A DNA stretch of 62,663 nucleotides, filler included, from Rhabdomonas costata (lineage: Eukaryota): the NCBI GenBank assembly GCA_019059605.1. It is 33 parts of 33 records of this genome, joined end to end, with 100 filler letters (N's around TTAATTAATTAA, not from the genome) between each part and the next. Parts side by side here need not be neighbours in the genome. Positions count along the whole stretch, not along the records: positions 36,144 to 37,945 come from JAHMHO010008833.1; positions 38,046 to 39,847 come from JAHMHO010008834.1; positions 39,948 to 41,750 come from JAHMHO010008835.1; positions 41,851 to 43,652 come from JAHMHO010008836.1; positions 43,753 to 45,554 come from JAHMHO010008837.1; positions 45,655 to 47,456 come from JAHMHO010008838.1; positions 47,557 to 49,358 come from JAHMHO010008839.1; 26 more parts are not named here. The stretch is one strand, 5' to 3'. Both the position numbers and the translations under genes were made by a program. This document shows positions 37,797 through 49,170 of the stretch, in pieces (positions within the stretch are counted from its first letter, which is position 1; every line of letters begins with the position of its first letter). The notes under the pieces were generated by a model. That model was not told the origin of the DNA. It saw nothing but the letters and a program-made list of their open reading frames with translations, and did no database searches.

Positions 37797-38390
37797 ATAT
37801 TGTTATATTTTAAATCATTTAATTTTTAAATTTATATAAATTTTTAAATTTATATAATTTTTATGAAATATAAATAATGAAATAAATTAATAATGTCCCA
37901 AATATAAATAATTTTACTTCATTATTAACATTTTGCCAAACCACANNNNNNNNNNNNNNNNNNNNNNNNNNNNNNNNNNNNNNNNNNNNTTAATTAATTA
38001 ANNNNNNNNNNNNNNNNNNNNNNNNNNNNNNNNNNNNNNNNNNNNTGTTGGGGTTGGTGGCAGCTTTGAACAAAGCCTTCTGTAAGCCTACTGAGGGGTG
38101 TTGCCATTGTTGCGATGGTGCTACCTCTTTAATGGTGTGTGCTGGGATGGACTTCTAATGGAATGGACTTTCGGTTTCTTTCCTCTTTGCTCAATGCAAC
38201 TGATTTTCTGAGGTGAGCGTCTTCGGGCCCCAGGACCCACAGTAAAAAATGTGTATGAGGCACGCACAATTTAATCTATAACCTGGAAGAGTAGTAACCA
38301 CAGTAAAGAGAACTTTATTAAAAGTATATTTACCGTTTTTAATGGGAAAAAGAGCTGAAAAGGAGCTATCTCTTTCCGCCGTGTACCTAC

Positions 38391-38559
38391 CTTCATAGAC
38401 CCCCGGGGTGGGGGCCAAGCCCAGCAGGCGATACTTCCTCTTGGAGTGCATCCGGTGCTTCACCTTCGGGAGGGCCCTCTTCGTGATTGGCTGCTTGGGG
38501 TTGGGGTCCAGCGCGCGTTTTGCCTTGGCCTTCTCCCTCTTCACAGTTTTTGAGACCAT
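38391..38559 (-). CDS. First exon of a highly basic protein, unknown
   Basis: Upstream pyrimidine tract and AG. MVSKTVKREKAKAKRALDPNPKQPITKRALPKVKHRMHSKRKYRLLGLAPTPGVYE ends at G|GTAGGT. Confidence 0.55.
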
Positions 38560-39960
38560 CCTCGGCACTCGCTCACACTCCCCGGATGTGTCTGGAAACG
38601 CTAACCGCAGGAACCCTTCCGCAGACGGCAAAAATGCAGTGCAAAAAAGGAGGAAGCCTTCGGGCTGGACAAAATGCAGAACAAAAGCGCTATGGCTTGT
38701 CAGACAGATAAGATAGCTGATAGCTGTTTCAGAGAATACGGCAGGTGCTGCTGTTTGTCTGTTTGAGAGTTTGAATTATTACCCATGTCTGATAGAGAGA
38801 CCGATTTTCCAGCAATTAGTACCAAATTCATTTGTAGCCAAAAAACGGTTTGCAATTCCTTGAGATAGACCCTTCCCCAAAGCATACAGCCGATATCTGA
38901 TTTTGAGATACCAGTGGAATAGAACTCTTGGAGCTTAGTTGGAGGGCGATATATCGTCTACTGTGGTGTTCGCCGTTTCGGGGCCGCAGAGCGCAGCAGG
39001 GCAGCCAAAGGATTTTAAGTGCTTTCGTGTATCCTTTACGCACATGCGGGTTTAGCCATTTATAAAGGATCCTGGGGCTTCCTGGTCGACAACAGGTGAG
39101 CTAATCGCCAACGGACTCTGAGTAACAGTGGGGGTTCTCGAGGAAGGAGGCATGTCTTCACTACGAGAATCACGAATCACCGACTGGTCAGGAAAATGAT
39201 GCATCATCCTTATTGTTAATTGATTCTAATCAGCTCAATTTTCGACAATGGGTTTTGAGAAAAGGAGGCATCGCACAAGACACGGCAGGAGCATGGCTGT
39301 ACAACCGGTCGCCTGGAAAAGGGAGGCCGGATAGTGGAGGGGAAATGCCAGTCGGGCGATCCCCTCCGCAGCTCATAGCACGCGGAGACACACACAGCTG
39401 TGCAACAAGATGAAGAAAAGGAAGTAGGCAGGATTGCTGCAATAGGAAAAACAGGCAACAACGACAGCACGCCGCGATGGAAAAGGGCTGTGGGCTGTAC
39501 GGAAGGCGGCGAATATATATAAAGCGGATTCAAACAAGGGCAGGAGTTTTCCTCGCTTGTCATGAACGCAAAGCATTAGGTGTTTCTGTTGAAACGCCAC
39601 CACTTCCTTTTCACAACAGCAGCCGTGGGACTGCTGCAAGAAGGCGCGCAAATCCTTTCCGAGCTGCTCACAGATCACTCCCAGGCCGGCAAGTGGTTCG
39701 CCTATGATAAAAGAAGGACGTCTTTCGGAAACACCGAATCCTTGCACACCTAAGAGCAGATACGGATCGCTGAATCGGTCGAACCCACGCACGGAATTAT
39801 TGAGTGACCATTCGCAGACGTTTTTGATGGCCTTCCAAAACAAAAACNNNNNNNNNNNNNNNNNNNNNNNNNNNNNNNNNNNNNNNNNNNNTTAATTAAT
39901 TAANNNNNNNNNNNNNNNNNNNNNNNNNNNNNNNNNNNNNNNNNNNNGTGGGGTTTGCAC

Positions 39961-39999
<39 letters not shown>
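39961..39999 (+). repeat. CAA(CAG)12 tract, probably poly-Gln in an exon ending at 40085
   Basis: The frame continues PTVISEEEDSAVESSRRGSARSSSGASS to AG|GTGCGC. Confidence 0.8.
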
Positions 40000-40001
<2 letters not shown>

Positions 40002-40839
40002 CACTGTGATCTCCGAGGAGGAGGACTCCGCGGTGGAGTCCTCGCGCAGAGGCAGTGCTCGCTCCAGCTCTGGGGCATCCTCGAGGTGCGCTGTGCCTTC
40101 CCAGGGCAAAAGAAAGCACGTCTGGGGAGTGCCTATCAGCTCCCTCCTCGTAGTATACAATGCATTGATGTGGGGTGGCCAGATTGAAGCTTTTTCAGAA
40201 TGTCAACCTGAGCTTCAAAAGCGAGAGACATATTGTCATGCCAACGGAACCTTCACTGAGATCACTCGATCTTCTTCACGAAAACGTTCCCCGTATTCTT
40301 CTCCATGTGCTAATATGTTAATTGTTTGCCATTTGACCCGTGGTTTTGCAGTTTTTCGTGTGCCAGCGCGGGCGCCAGGACAGAATCCCCAAAGAGACTT
40401 GTTGGGATGCTTGTGTGCGAATCCATACAGGACACGAAGGCACTCATTATCTTCGGTTGTGCAGAGGTGTGAAGCGGAGGGATCTTTTTCGCTCAGGTCA
40501 TCCGTCTCGGTCGCTGGGGCTAGTGGCTCCCGCTCTTCGCTGCAAGCCCATGCCCAGCGGAAGCGAAGGAACGTCCGTGAGAAGCCCCGCCGAGTCTCTG
40601 GGAACAGCTTGTCTGCCTCATCTGGATCGACGACCGTGGTGCGCGAGACAGACGCTGCCCACGCCCGGAGGTTTGCTCGCCCGCTGTATGTGTGTTATGT
40701 GTGTGTGTGTCTGTCTGTCTGTCTTTCTGTCTTTCTGTCTGTGTGTGTATGTCTGTGTGTGTGGCACTTTGTTGTTGCTTGTGGCACTTTGGAGGGAGTG
40801 CACCCAGGCACGACCAGCTGGGCTAGCTGACGGGTATAT

Positions 40840-41075
40840 GGGGTTTATCCACCTGATAGTGTGTCCAAAGCTTTGCTTGCTCCTCGATGTCCGCCTGGCT
40901 GGTTCCCGTGGCTCTCATGCTCTCTCACTCTGTCACTTATATATGTTCTAGTCAGGACGGACAGAAACCGCGCCTGCATTCCTTGCAGGTTGTGCACCTG
41001 AAGACGTTTGTCCTTTTTTGTTGTGATTTTCCGTGGTCTTTTCCCCTAGAAAAATGTGTGTGTGTGTGTGTGCGC
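40840..41075 (+). repeat. Dispersed repeat, copy 2
   Basis: Matches 1270-1472 with small slippage-type indels. (TG)n-rich tracts lie on both sides. Confidence 0.88.
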
Positions 41076-42507
41076 GCGCGCGCGCTGAGGATGTGTGTAT
41101 GCCTGTGAGGGCCACCTTCTTCTCGTGCACTGTTATGTATGTCCCATGGGCTTTTCTGCCGGCCAGATTCAAATTGGCTTCGGTAGTCTGCTCTGTTTTT
41201 GGGATCTGTCATTGGAATGGGTCAGTATTGGGTGCGAGGGTTTTTCCTGACGCATGCTGCCCACGCGATTCTAAGGCAACATTTGGTTGTCAAGTATTGA
41301 CAGGGATGTCTTGAAGGTGTGTATCAAGCAATGGGCAGGATCCGTAGGGGGCCAGCGGTCGTGGAAGGGGGAAAGCAGCAAAGGCATGGTTATTTCTCGT
41401 GCACACACCACGCAAAGGGGACCCGGTGTTCTACCCCCCCCCCCCTGCTGTTTTCCCTGAGCTCCTTTAGTTTGGGGTTGGATCGAGGAGGAGGCCGTAT
41501 CCAATGGCCATGCCAAATAGCCTTCGAAACGTCTTCCTACCAAGTCCAAAAAAGTCCAAGCCAGCCCAAAAAAGTTGCAGCCGTGCAGTCGTTGCGGCTC
41601 ATGGCGTTTTTTTTCGGGGTGGGCATCATCACCACAACCCCTCACCGCACTGCCTCACTCGGTGCACCGTCAGGAGATCGACTCGCAGGAGCTCTGGCAA
41701 GCCTCGACTTTCCGCTCGGAACTCTTCAGGGACCAAGCCCCAAAACCCCCNNNNNNNNNNNNNNNNNNNNNNNNNNNNNNNNNNNNNNNNNNNNTTAATT
41801 AATTAANNNNNNNNNNNNNNNNNNNNNNNNNNNNNNNNNNNNNNNNNNNNAGCTCCAAGAAAGACTGATCAGCTCATCAGCTGACCAGGCTCGAGCCCGG
41901 GACCATCAGAAGGCGGAGACGCCTCTCCAAATCCCAAGGACGTCACCGAGGAAGTACGCCGACATCCTTGTGGCACAGGGCTCGGGCGGGTGGGGGACAC
42001 CCAACGAGCGCGTGCGCCTCAGCTGGAAGACTCGGGGCGCAAGCGAACGCTCTTGGGGCAGAATGACTGAGACCGCCAGCTGGCATCAGCCAGCTCTCCA
42101 CTCAACAAACACGGCACTTTAAAATATTTCACAATACAAGTACTCACCGACCAGTTGGCTAGGCGCACCAGGGGGACAGCATTGCATCAGTTTGAACAGC
42201 CAGGTCGAAATGTGTCACTGATCACACCAATCACACCCACCTAACACACACATACACACACAAAAGAAAGAATCTTCTCCGTAAAGGCCCATAGGGTGAA
42301 GGGAGGTTACCGTATGTAGAAGCACGGCGGCGAGCCAGTACCCCACGGTACGGTGCAGTCCTAAGGTCCCGAGCACCCGTGTGGTCAACAGGTCGTCTGC
42401 CCGTCGGGCAACAGGTCAGTGCGCTATGTTCCCAGCACACACACACACACACACACACATTGCTCTAGCTTCCCACACAGACGACATGCACATGCACACA
42501 CGCACAG

Positions 42508-42687
42508 GTGGTGGATAAGACCACCCTGGCGAGGCCCAAGACGGCGGCGAAGCTGCGGAGCGAGATCCAGATCCACCGCAGCCTGAACCACCCCCGGATC
42601 GTGCGCTTCGAGAGGTTCTTCGAGGACCGCGACTTCGCGTACATTTTGCTCGAGCTGTGCGGGCGGCAGACCCTAATGGAGCTGCAG
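42508..42687 (+). CDS. PLK: Polo-like kinase, internal exon (subdomains II-V)
   Basis: CAG|..|GT, 180 nt: VVDKTTLARPKTAAKLRSEIQIHRSLNHPRIVRFERFFEDRDFAYILLELCGRQTLMELQ, with the PLK signatures EIxIHRSL and YILLELC. Confidence 0.9.
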
Positions 42688-44893
42688 GTGTTGGTGTCGC
42701 TGATGTGCATTTTCTGGTGGAGGGTTCGGTTGATTCCTCTGCGACAAATGTGGTGGGCAGAGGACTGGCTTCCACCAAAACGCCACGGCAGTTTTACTCT
42801 CTCACTGGAAAGTCCACCTCTCCGATAAGATTATATTGTGTGTGTGTGTGCCTTCTGTTGTAGTATTGGTGCCGGCGATTAGGGGAGTCCAAGGCTGCTC
42901 TGTGTCGCAACATTTGGTGTCACCGTAACCCGAACGAGAAACTACCGCGCCGTGGGTGGTGCGCATCCCCATGCGCTGCTGTGACCCACCTGTGTTTCCT
43001 AGTATGTGTGCCTACTGCTGTGCTGTGCGTTCTGGCGGCCTTGGGTCATTTCTGCACTTGGGGTGGACCCATCCAATCTGATGGCGTTTGTGTCTGACTC
43101 GGCTGCTAACTCCGAATGTTCAGCCACCACTAACGAACTTTTCAGGCTCTTTCTCCGCCAAATATGGTCCGTTTCATCTTAAAATTGAGAGAGTTTCCCA
43201 CACAAACATCAAACGTTCTGAACTCCGAGGACGCACATCAAAAGGTTTCCTTCGTTGCCTTAACGCAACCACTGGCAGCAGAATGTTCGGAAGCAAGGAT
43301 ATCAGGCATAAGAACGGCTCCCACCCAATTTCATCAGAAAGCACCCACAGGCACATTGCGTTCAGACAATATGGGTGAAAATCAAAAAATTCCCCTCCCC
43401 CCTGCAAACCTCTGTAACTCCGAAATGTCTCGTTTTTTGGAGACGTTTTTCCACCTGTCAGTTGTGAGGTGAAATAGTAGTATGCCTCGAGACATACTCC
43501 CGAATCCAAAATTGACTAAAAAATACGAATGTTCGGAGATCCCCACGCCAAGGTCACACTTGAGGAGTCGGGCGATGTTGTGCATACTTCCGCACGCATT
43601 TGTGACCAACCGTGGTGTGCTCTTGCGCCAGAGGGGGTGTGGGTTGGTGCGGNNNNNNNNNNNNNNNNNNNNNNNNNNNNNNNNNNNNNNNNNNNNTTAA
43701 TTAATTAANNNNNNNNNNNNNNNNNNNNNNNNNNNNNNNNNNNNNNNNNNNNGGGGGTTTGGGGTGTGGTGCTTTCTCTCAGCTTTCTCCAGACTATTGC
43801 CCCTTCATCTATCAGAGCTCTGTCTAAAATTCAGGGATGCAGCGTGTTATCTCCTCCTCCTGTTGCGGCCTCTTAATGAGCGAAAGCACCACACCGCAGC
43901 CAAGGCATCAGATTCACGCCCACCAGTCATAAGGTGGTCAGATGGTCTTGCCATGAGACTGCCAGATGAATGGAACGCTGCATCACCACATCAGCCAGCG
44001 CAGGAGCTGATACCGTCGATTGCTTCGACGCCCACTCAGGTACTCGAGCATCCGGCGGCTGTCTTCTCTAGATTTTCTACTTTCCCTTCTTTTAAGGTCC
44101 GAAGTTGGAAAATAATTCCGCATCACCAATAATTCGTCATCTTCCTCTCAAGGTTCACTGCCCAAAATTTGCCTATTTTCGCGCATTTTCCGGGCTTCTT
44201 TTTGCTTGCCAAAATTTACCACCCACCCTTCCACTTTTCCTGGAAACTACGCAAGCGAGCAAAAGGTGAGGATATAATTTCTCAGGGAGGGTACTGGGCA
44301 ATCAGTCCAGAAAATATTCGGAATGCCTTTTTTTTTGCGAAGAAGAGGATCCCCTTGTATGCAATTTTCGTGATTTTTTCAGCAAGAAAGCGGTGGGCGG
44401 AGCCGCCTCAGCGAAATCAACGTCATTGACCTCGGTATGTTTTTATTTTCTTTACCGCTTTTGGCTCGGCATTGCAAGTGTCAGTGGAATTATCTGTTAG
44501 TGTGTGCATGTCTGTCTGTTGGCATATCTTAAAAAGAAAGGCAGATGCGACATGTGGACAACAGACTTCATCGCGTGTTGCCGCGAGATCGCTTCTTCTA
44601 TGCGCCATCCCGTCCCGCAGCTGGGAGCAAGCAGGTGAAGCTCAGCGGGGTCTGAAGTAAGTGTCGCCATCGTGAGTAAGAACTCACTGCCTTCAGAGGA
44701 CGTTATTGGAGTGCTGATTAGAAGATGGGTACTGTTCATTCCTCCCCTCGCGCCCATACACCACGGAACCTAAATGGTCGGGTCTGTGGTGACGCATCCT
44801 CTAATATAACATGCACTTTTGCGTGTGGATAGCTCATGGTTTGTACATGCACCGAAACATACATAGTTCTTCTATTTTCGTCCCGTCGCGCAG

Positions 44894-45554
44894 CGGGGAG
44901 CGAGCAGGTGAAGCTCAGCGGGGTGTCTGGGGAGTCTCTGCGCGAGACGTGCCACATCAACGCCTCCCTGAGCACACTGGCGCGCGTCATCGACGCTATC
45001 AACGCCAAGGCCACCGCGACCACCACCACAACCACAACCGCAGCCACTGCGACAGTCTCGTCGGGTACCTCGGAAACCCCCTCCAGCACATCGGAGAGGT
45101 ATCAGTAACGCTCATTGTTTGCTGCTCGAGTTTCTTTGGTTGCGGGGAGTTGTTCAGAGGCTGTGTCCTTTTCTTCTTTCAAATGCCGGCCCAAGACTGC
45201 AGGTTTTGGGGCTTTGATCTCTAAATGTCTACGAAAACCCTGACCAGCTTTCCCGTTTGCCAGCTGTGAGACGTTCCGCCGCTACACGGTATGGGTCCCT
45301 GCGATCGCTCATTCTCACTCTCATTCTTGGCATGGAATGCGAACAGCTCCACTCCTTCGGTGCCGGCCGTTGTTCCTGCGGTGTGCTCGGGCAGTACTCC
45401 GCACGTGCCGTACCGGGACTCCAAGCTGACCACCCTGCTGAGCGGCTCCCTGGGGGGCTCCAGCCGCACCTTCATGGTGGCCACGGTTGCGCCGGGCGCG
45501 CGGTGTGTCCACGAGACGCTGCGCACGCTGAGGTTCGCTGAGGGGGTCAGCCGG
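44894..45554 (+). CDS. Kinesin motor domain, C-terminal part; exons 44894-45098 and 45347-45554
   Basis: (A)[65 protein letters not shown]. The GT-AG intron is in phase. Confidence 0.93.
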
Positions 45555-47020
45555 NNNNNNNNNNNNNNNNNNNNNNNNNNNNNNNNNNNNNNNNNNNNTT
45601 AATTAATTAANNNNNNNNNNNNNNNNNNNNNNNNNNNNNNNNNNNNNNNNNNNNGGTTTTGGGGTCCATGCAGCAGGGTTCCGACCGGTAGACTCCCCGT
45701 CCCTCACCACATACACACTCGTGGGCATTGCTTCAGATTGGGTCATTGCGAAGGGAACTCCGCGCGTCTTCGCCCCGAGTTCTGACGACCGATCTCTGCG
45801 CAAGAACTTTGCAGGCTCGTTTGTCACCCATTCTTTGCCAATGCAAAAAGCAAAGCTCCCACCACACTCATACCCACATTTACAAAAACATACAGATACA
45901 GATACAAAAAGTGTCTGCTGGTCAGCCCAGTGCTTTTGGGCCTCTGCCTTATTCACGACCTTCTGAGATTCCCGAGCGCCTTTCCGGCCGCGTCCGACTC
46001 CGCTTGAAGTCTTCTTCACAAATACCTAACACCCCACATTGTGCGTTGGAGCTTACCCTGACCCGGCCATTCTTGCCACGCCTGCATACCGCCCACTTTC
46101 TGGCGGAAACCTTTCGTATGCACCCGCCATCACCAGCGCTTTGTTCGTTTTGCTTTGTTTTGGTGGTCCTTTACTGTCTTGGTCGCCAAGACAATACCTT
46201 GGACCTATACTCTCGCTCACATGCACCCTGCTGCTACCAGACCCATCCACTCCGAGGGACTAATGTTGTGTCCCTCGGTCTTCCGAACCGTAGGGGCTCT
46301 GCCCCAGCTGTCCACGGCTGCCGGCTGCCCCTGCCAGCTTCTGCAAAAAACACCTGTCATTTTGTTGTGGTTTTCTGGCCTCCGGTTTTTGTTGCAGGAA
46401 GTTGAAGGAGCGGAAGGACCCGTTTGAAAGGGCAGGAGACCGAGTGTGTAAGTGGGTCCGCTACAATGCAGAATACGGTTTTCATTGGGAAAGTTTCCCT
46501 CTCTCCAGCACTTCCATTTTCGACTGTTCTCACGTGTCAGCATTTTGGTTGAACTGTCGCCAGTATTGAATTGTTGAAGTCCGCAAACCATCGGCCAAGT
46601 GTGGACGACCTGTTGCTCTTTTCCCCAAAAACCCTGGCCGACACGGGATGAAATACCTCTGCGTGCTTCCCTTTTATGCTTGTCTACCTATTCTCGGACA
46701 AGCCACCGATGAGACCGTTGCGTGGATTCGCGTTTGGCATAAAAAAAAGTTAAGTAACCTATGACCCAGACCAATTGGGTGATTACCGGGAACAGTTCGC
46801 TGCGCGTGTCCTTACCTTATTCTCAGATACTGCATTCCATTGCAGTGGAGCGGGGGCGGTAGTGCTGTAATGGGGAGACTTTCCGCTCGCTGGTGGAAAC
46901 TTCAATCGACTTGATTTGATTGGCGGTGTTCTGGGCTCTTTTGCTGTCCGTGTCAGTGTTTTCGGCTTTCACTTCTTTTCTTCTTTGCCTTTTTTGCCTT
47001 CAAATTTCGGAACGAAAAGA

Positions 47021-47119
47021 ATGGCACTTGTTGAGGCAGTTTCCGGGGTCCTGCAGCGCGAGCTCACCGCGGATGAGGTGGAGATGCTGCAGCTGCTGTC
47101 GCCGCAAGGCGTGGCGAAG
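47021..47119 (+). CDS. First exon of an unknown protein
   Basis: Long pyrimidine tract then AAAG-A-ATG. MALVEAVSGVLQRELTADEVEMLQLLSPQGVAK ends at AAG|GTGAAT. Confidence 0.55.
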
Positions 47120-47673
47120 GTGAATACTGACCTTTCCCAAGGTGTCCCACCCCGACAGTTTCCCGGAAACAAAAACTCAAAAAGTCAGAGGAAAGTACTG
47201 AAGTTGACCTCGCTTCACATTTTGTGGTGCCTGACGACTCTTTTTTGTAGAATTGCATATGACAGAAGAGTTCGAGAAACAAGCGCAACCGATATGCATT
47301 GGGAACTCGGGTGAAGAACAACCCCCCCCCCCGGTACTAAGCATGCGCTGCGTTGCAATTAAACCTTTCTCTTGTTTGTTTGCTTATTCGTAGAAGTGTG
47401 AACTCTTCTGGTCTTGGAATTACTTAGTTGGTGGATTTACGTGGTCTGTGTCGCAANNNNNNNNNNNNNNNNNNNNNNNNNNNNNNNNNNNNNNNNNNNN
47501 TTAATTAATTAANNNNNNNNNNNNNNNNNNNNNNNNNNNNNNNNNNNNNNNNNNNNTTTGTTGGTTACAGCAGCACCCACCCTCCCCATGTCACTTGCCA
47601 CACATCCAGATAGAATTGTTTCGACAAAGTGAAAACCTTCCTCGTTTATGGTTCACAAGACACGAGGGAACAC

Positions 47674-48266
47674 CTGCGCTAACCACGGGGTCCTGCGTCT
47701 TGCCCACAAGAAAGGCCACCCGCAACTTGGGCTTGGACTCGCGGTCGCGAGCCGCGCAGCTCTGGGAGTGAAACCTGGAATTACGGTCACGCAACCTCAT
47801 ATCGCCAGGGCTGGGGAATGAGAGAGGGCAACGTGAAAACTGGAAAGCGCTTCTTTCCACAAGGCAAAGGATCTGCGATCTACGAGAACAACCGTGAAAG
47901 CGGTGTGCCAATTTGGGGGAACATGGATGGGGGTCTCCAAAACGGGAAAAATGATTTCGGGTCTGGTAGCTTGGCCAACTCTGAGCTTGTTCCTCGCTCA
48001 CTCTCGCAGCAGCAATGATCTGACTGATGCCGAATAAAATATCGGTGAATAGAGCCATTACCGAGCAATGACGAACACGTATGCATCACTCCCTGAGACG
48101 GTGTTCACACCAAAAAGAGACACAGGACGTTTGCTACTTTCGTTCGTAAACCATACACAAACTTGCATATCCACGCGCACCTGGTGAAGCTGGAGACCAA
48201 GCCCTCGGACGCCGGTGCCTCCTCCGAGCTGGGGCTTCGCCTGCGCCTCTTCGAGGAGGGAAGCAT
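47674..48266 (-). CDS. First two exons (48266-48181, 47810-47674) of an unknown protein
   Basis: A GT-AG intron joins in phase: MLPSSKRRRRSPSSEE..SFTSPGDMRLR..KPKLRVAFLVGKTQDPVVSA. Confidence 0.45.
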
Positions 48267-48842
48267 CGCTTGACACTCCACGCACCCCCCACTCCCCAAC
48301 GCCACTTGTCTCTGGCGCACGGTCCTTTCTACCACCGCAAGCCGAAACGGGTATGATCCTCCAGACAAACAGAAAACGCTTGTGTGTACGAAAGCGGTCA
48401 ACACCGACCATAAGGCCAAGGGAAGACCACATGGACCTAATTCACGTCTGCACAGGTTGAAAGTCAAACGAATTCAAAACGAAACGAAGCCAAACAAACT
48501 GGCAGCCCAGTGCTCGTAGAGGAAACGGGAGGGGACAGCAAAATATAAAGAGCAAACCCCAGGAAGACAGCGTTTTTCTTGGTGGCGAGAACGCTCGTTT
48601 CTAGACCGGGGGACAAAGACACTGTTGACGGCCGATGCCCCATATGCTCAGCTGAAGGTACAGCCAGAGCCGCGGCACTGCGGCGTCGTGCCAACTCCAA
48701 TCGCCTCCCCCTCCCCCACGTTGACCGCTTGCACCACTCACGAGCACAAGTATGAACACAAAACACGTTCGCAGGTGCACAGGACAATAGTCGCCCTGGT
48801 GCCGGGGACTAATCGCCCACGGGGGCCAGCGCCCTCATCCTC

Positions 48843-49170
48843 TCATAGAGCCAGGCTGCTGACGCGCACGGGGTCCTCTTGCAGCCGCAGCACCACCTCG
48901 GTGACGTCGAAATCATCGGGGCTGCGGTGGGCCTCGAAGCCCAGGCTACGGCAGAGCCCCAGCATCGGCTTGTTGTCGCTCATCACCATCCCTAGGATCT
49001 CCCGCGCCCCCTTGGCACGGCAGCACTCGATGAGCTTCTTCATTAGCGCTTTGCCCAGGCCCTGGTTCTTCCACGCAGGGTCCACCACCAGTCCGAACTC
49101 CAAAGTCTCGTTTTCGGGGTCGCCGACGCCGCCCACCCAACCCACGGTGTCGAACTCCTGGCCATTCCCA
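48843..49170 (-). CDS. GNAT acetyltransferase domain of the PatZ/Pka type (C-terminal domain of acyl-CoA synthetase-GNAT fusions), terminal exon
   Basis: CAG acceptor at 49171. DPENETLEFGLVVDPAWKNQGLGKALMKKLIECCRAKGAREILGMVMSDNKPMLGLCRSLGF parallels the DPDN..AEFA.LV....KG.GLG..LM.KLI...N..M..LA.KLGF pattern. TGA stop. Confidence 0.8.
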
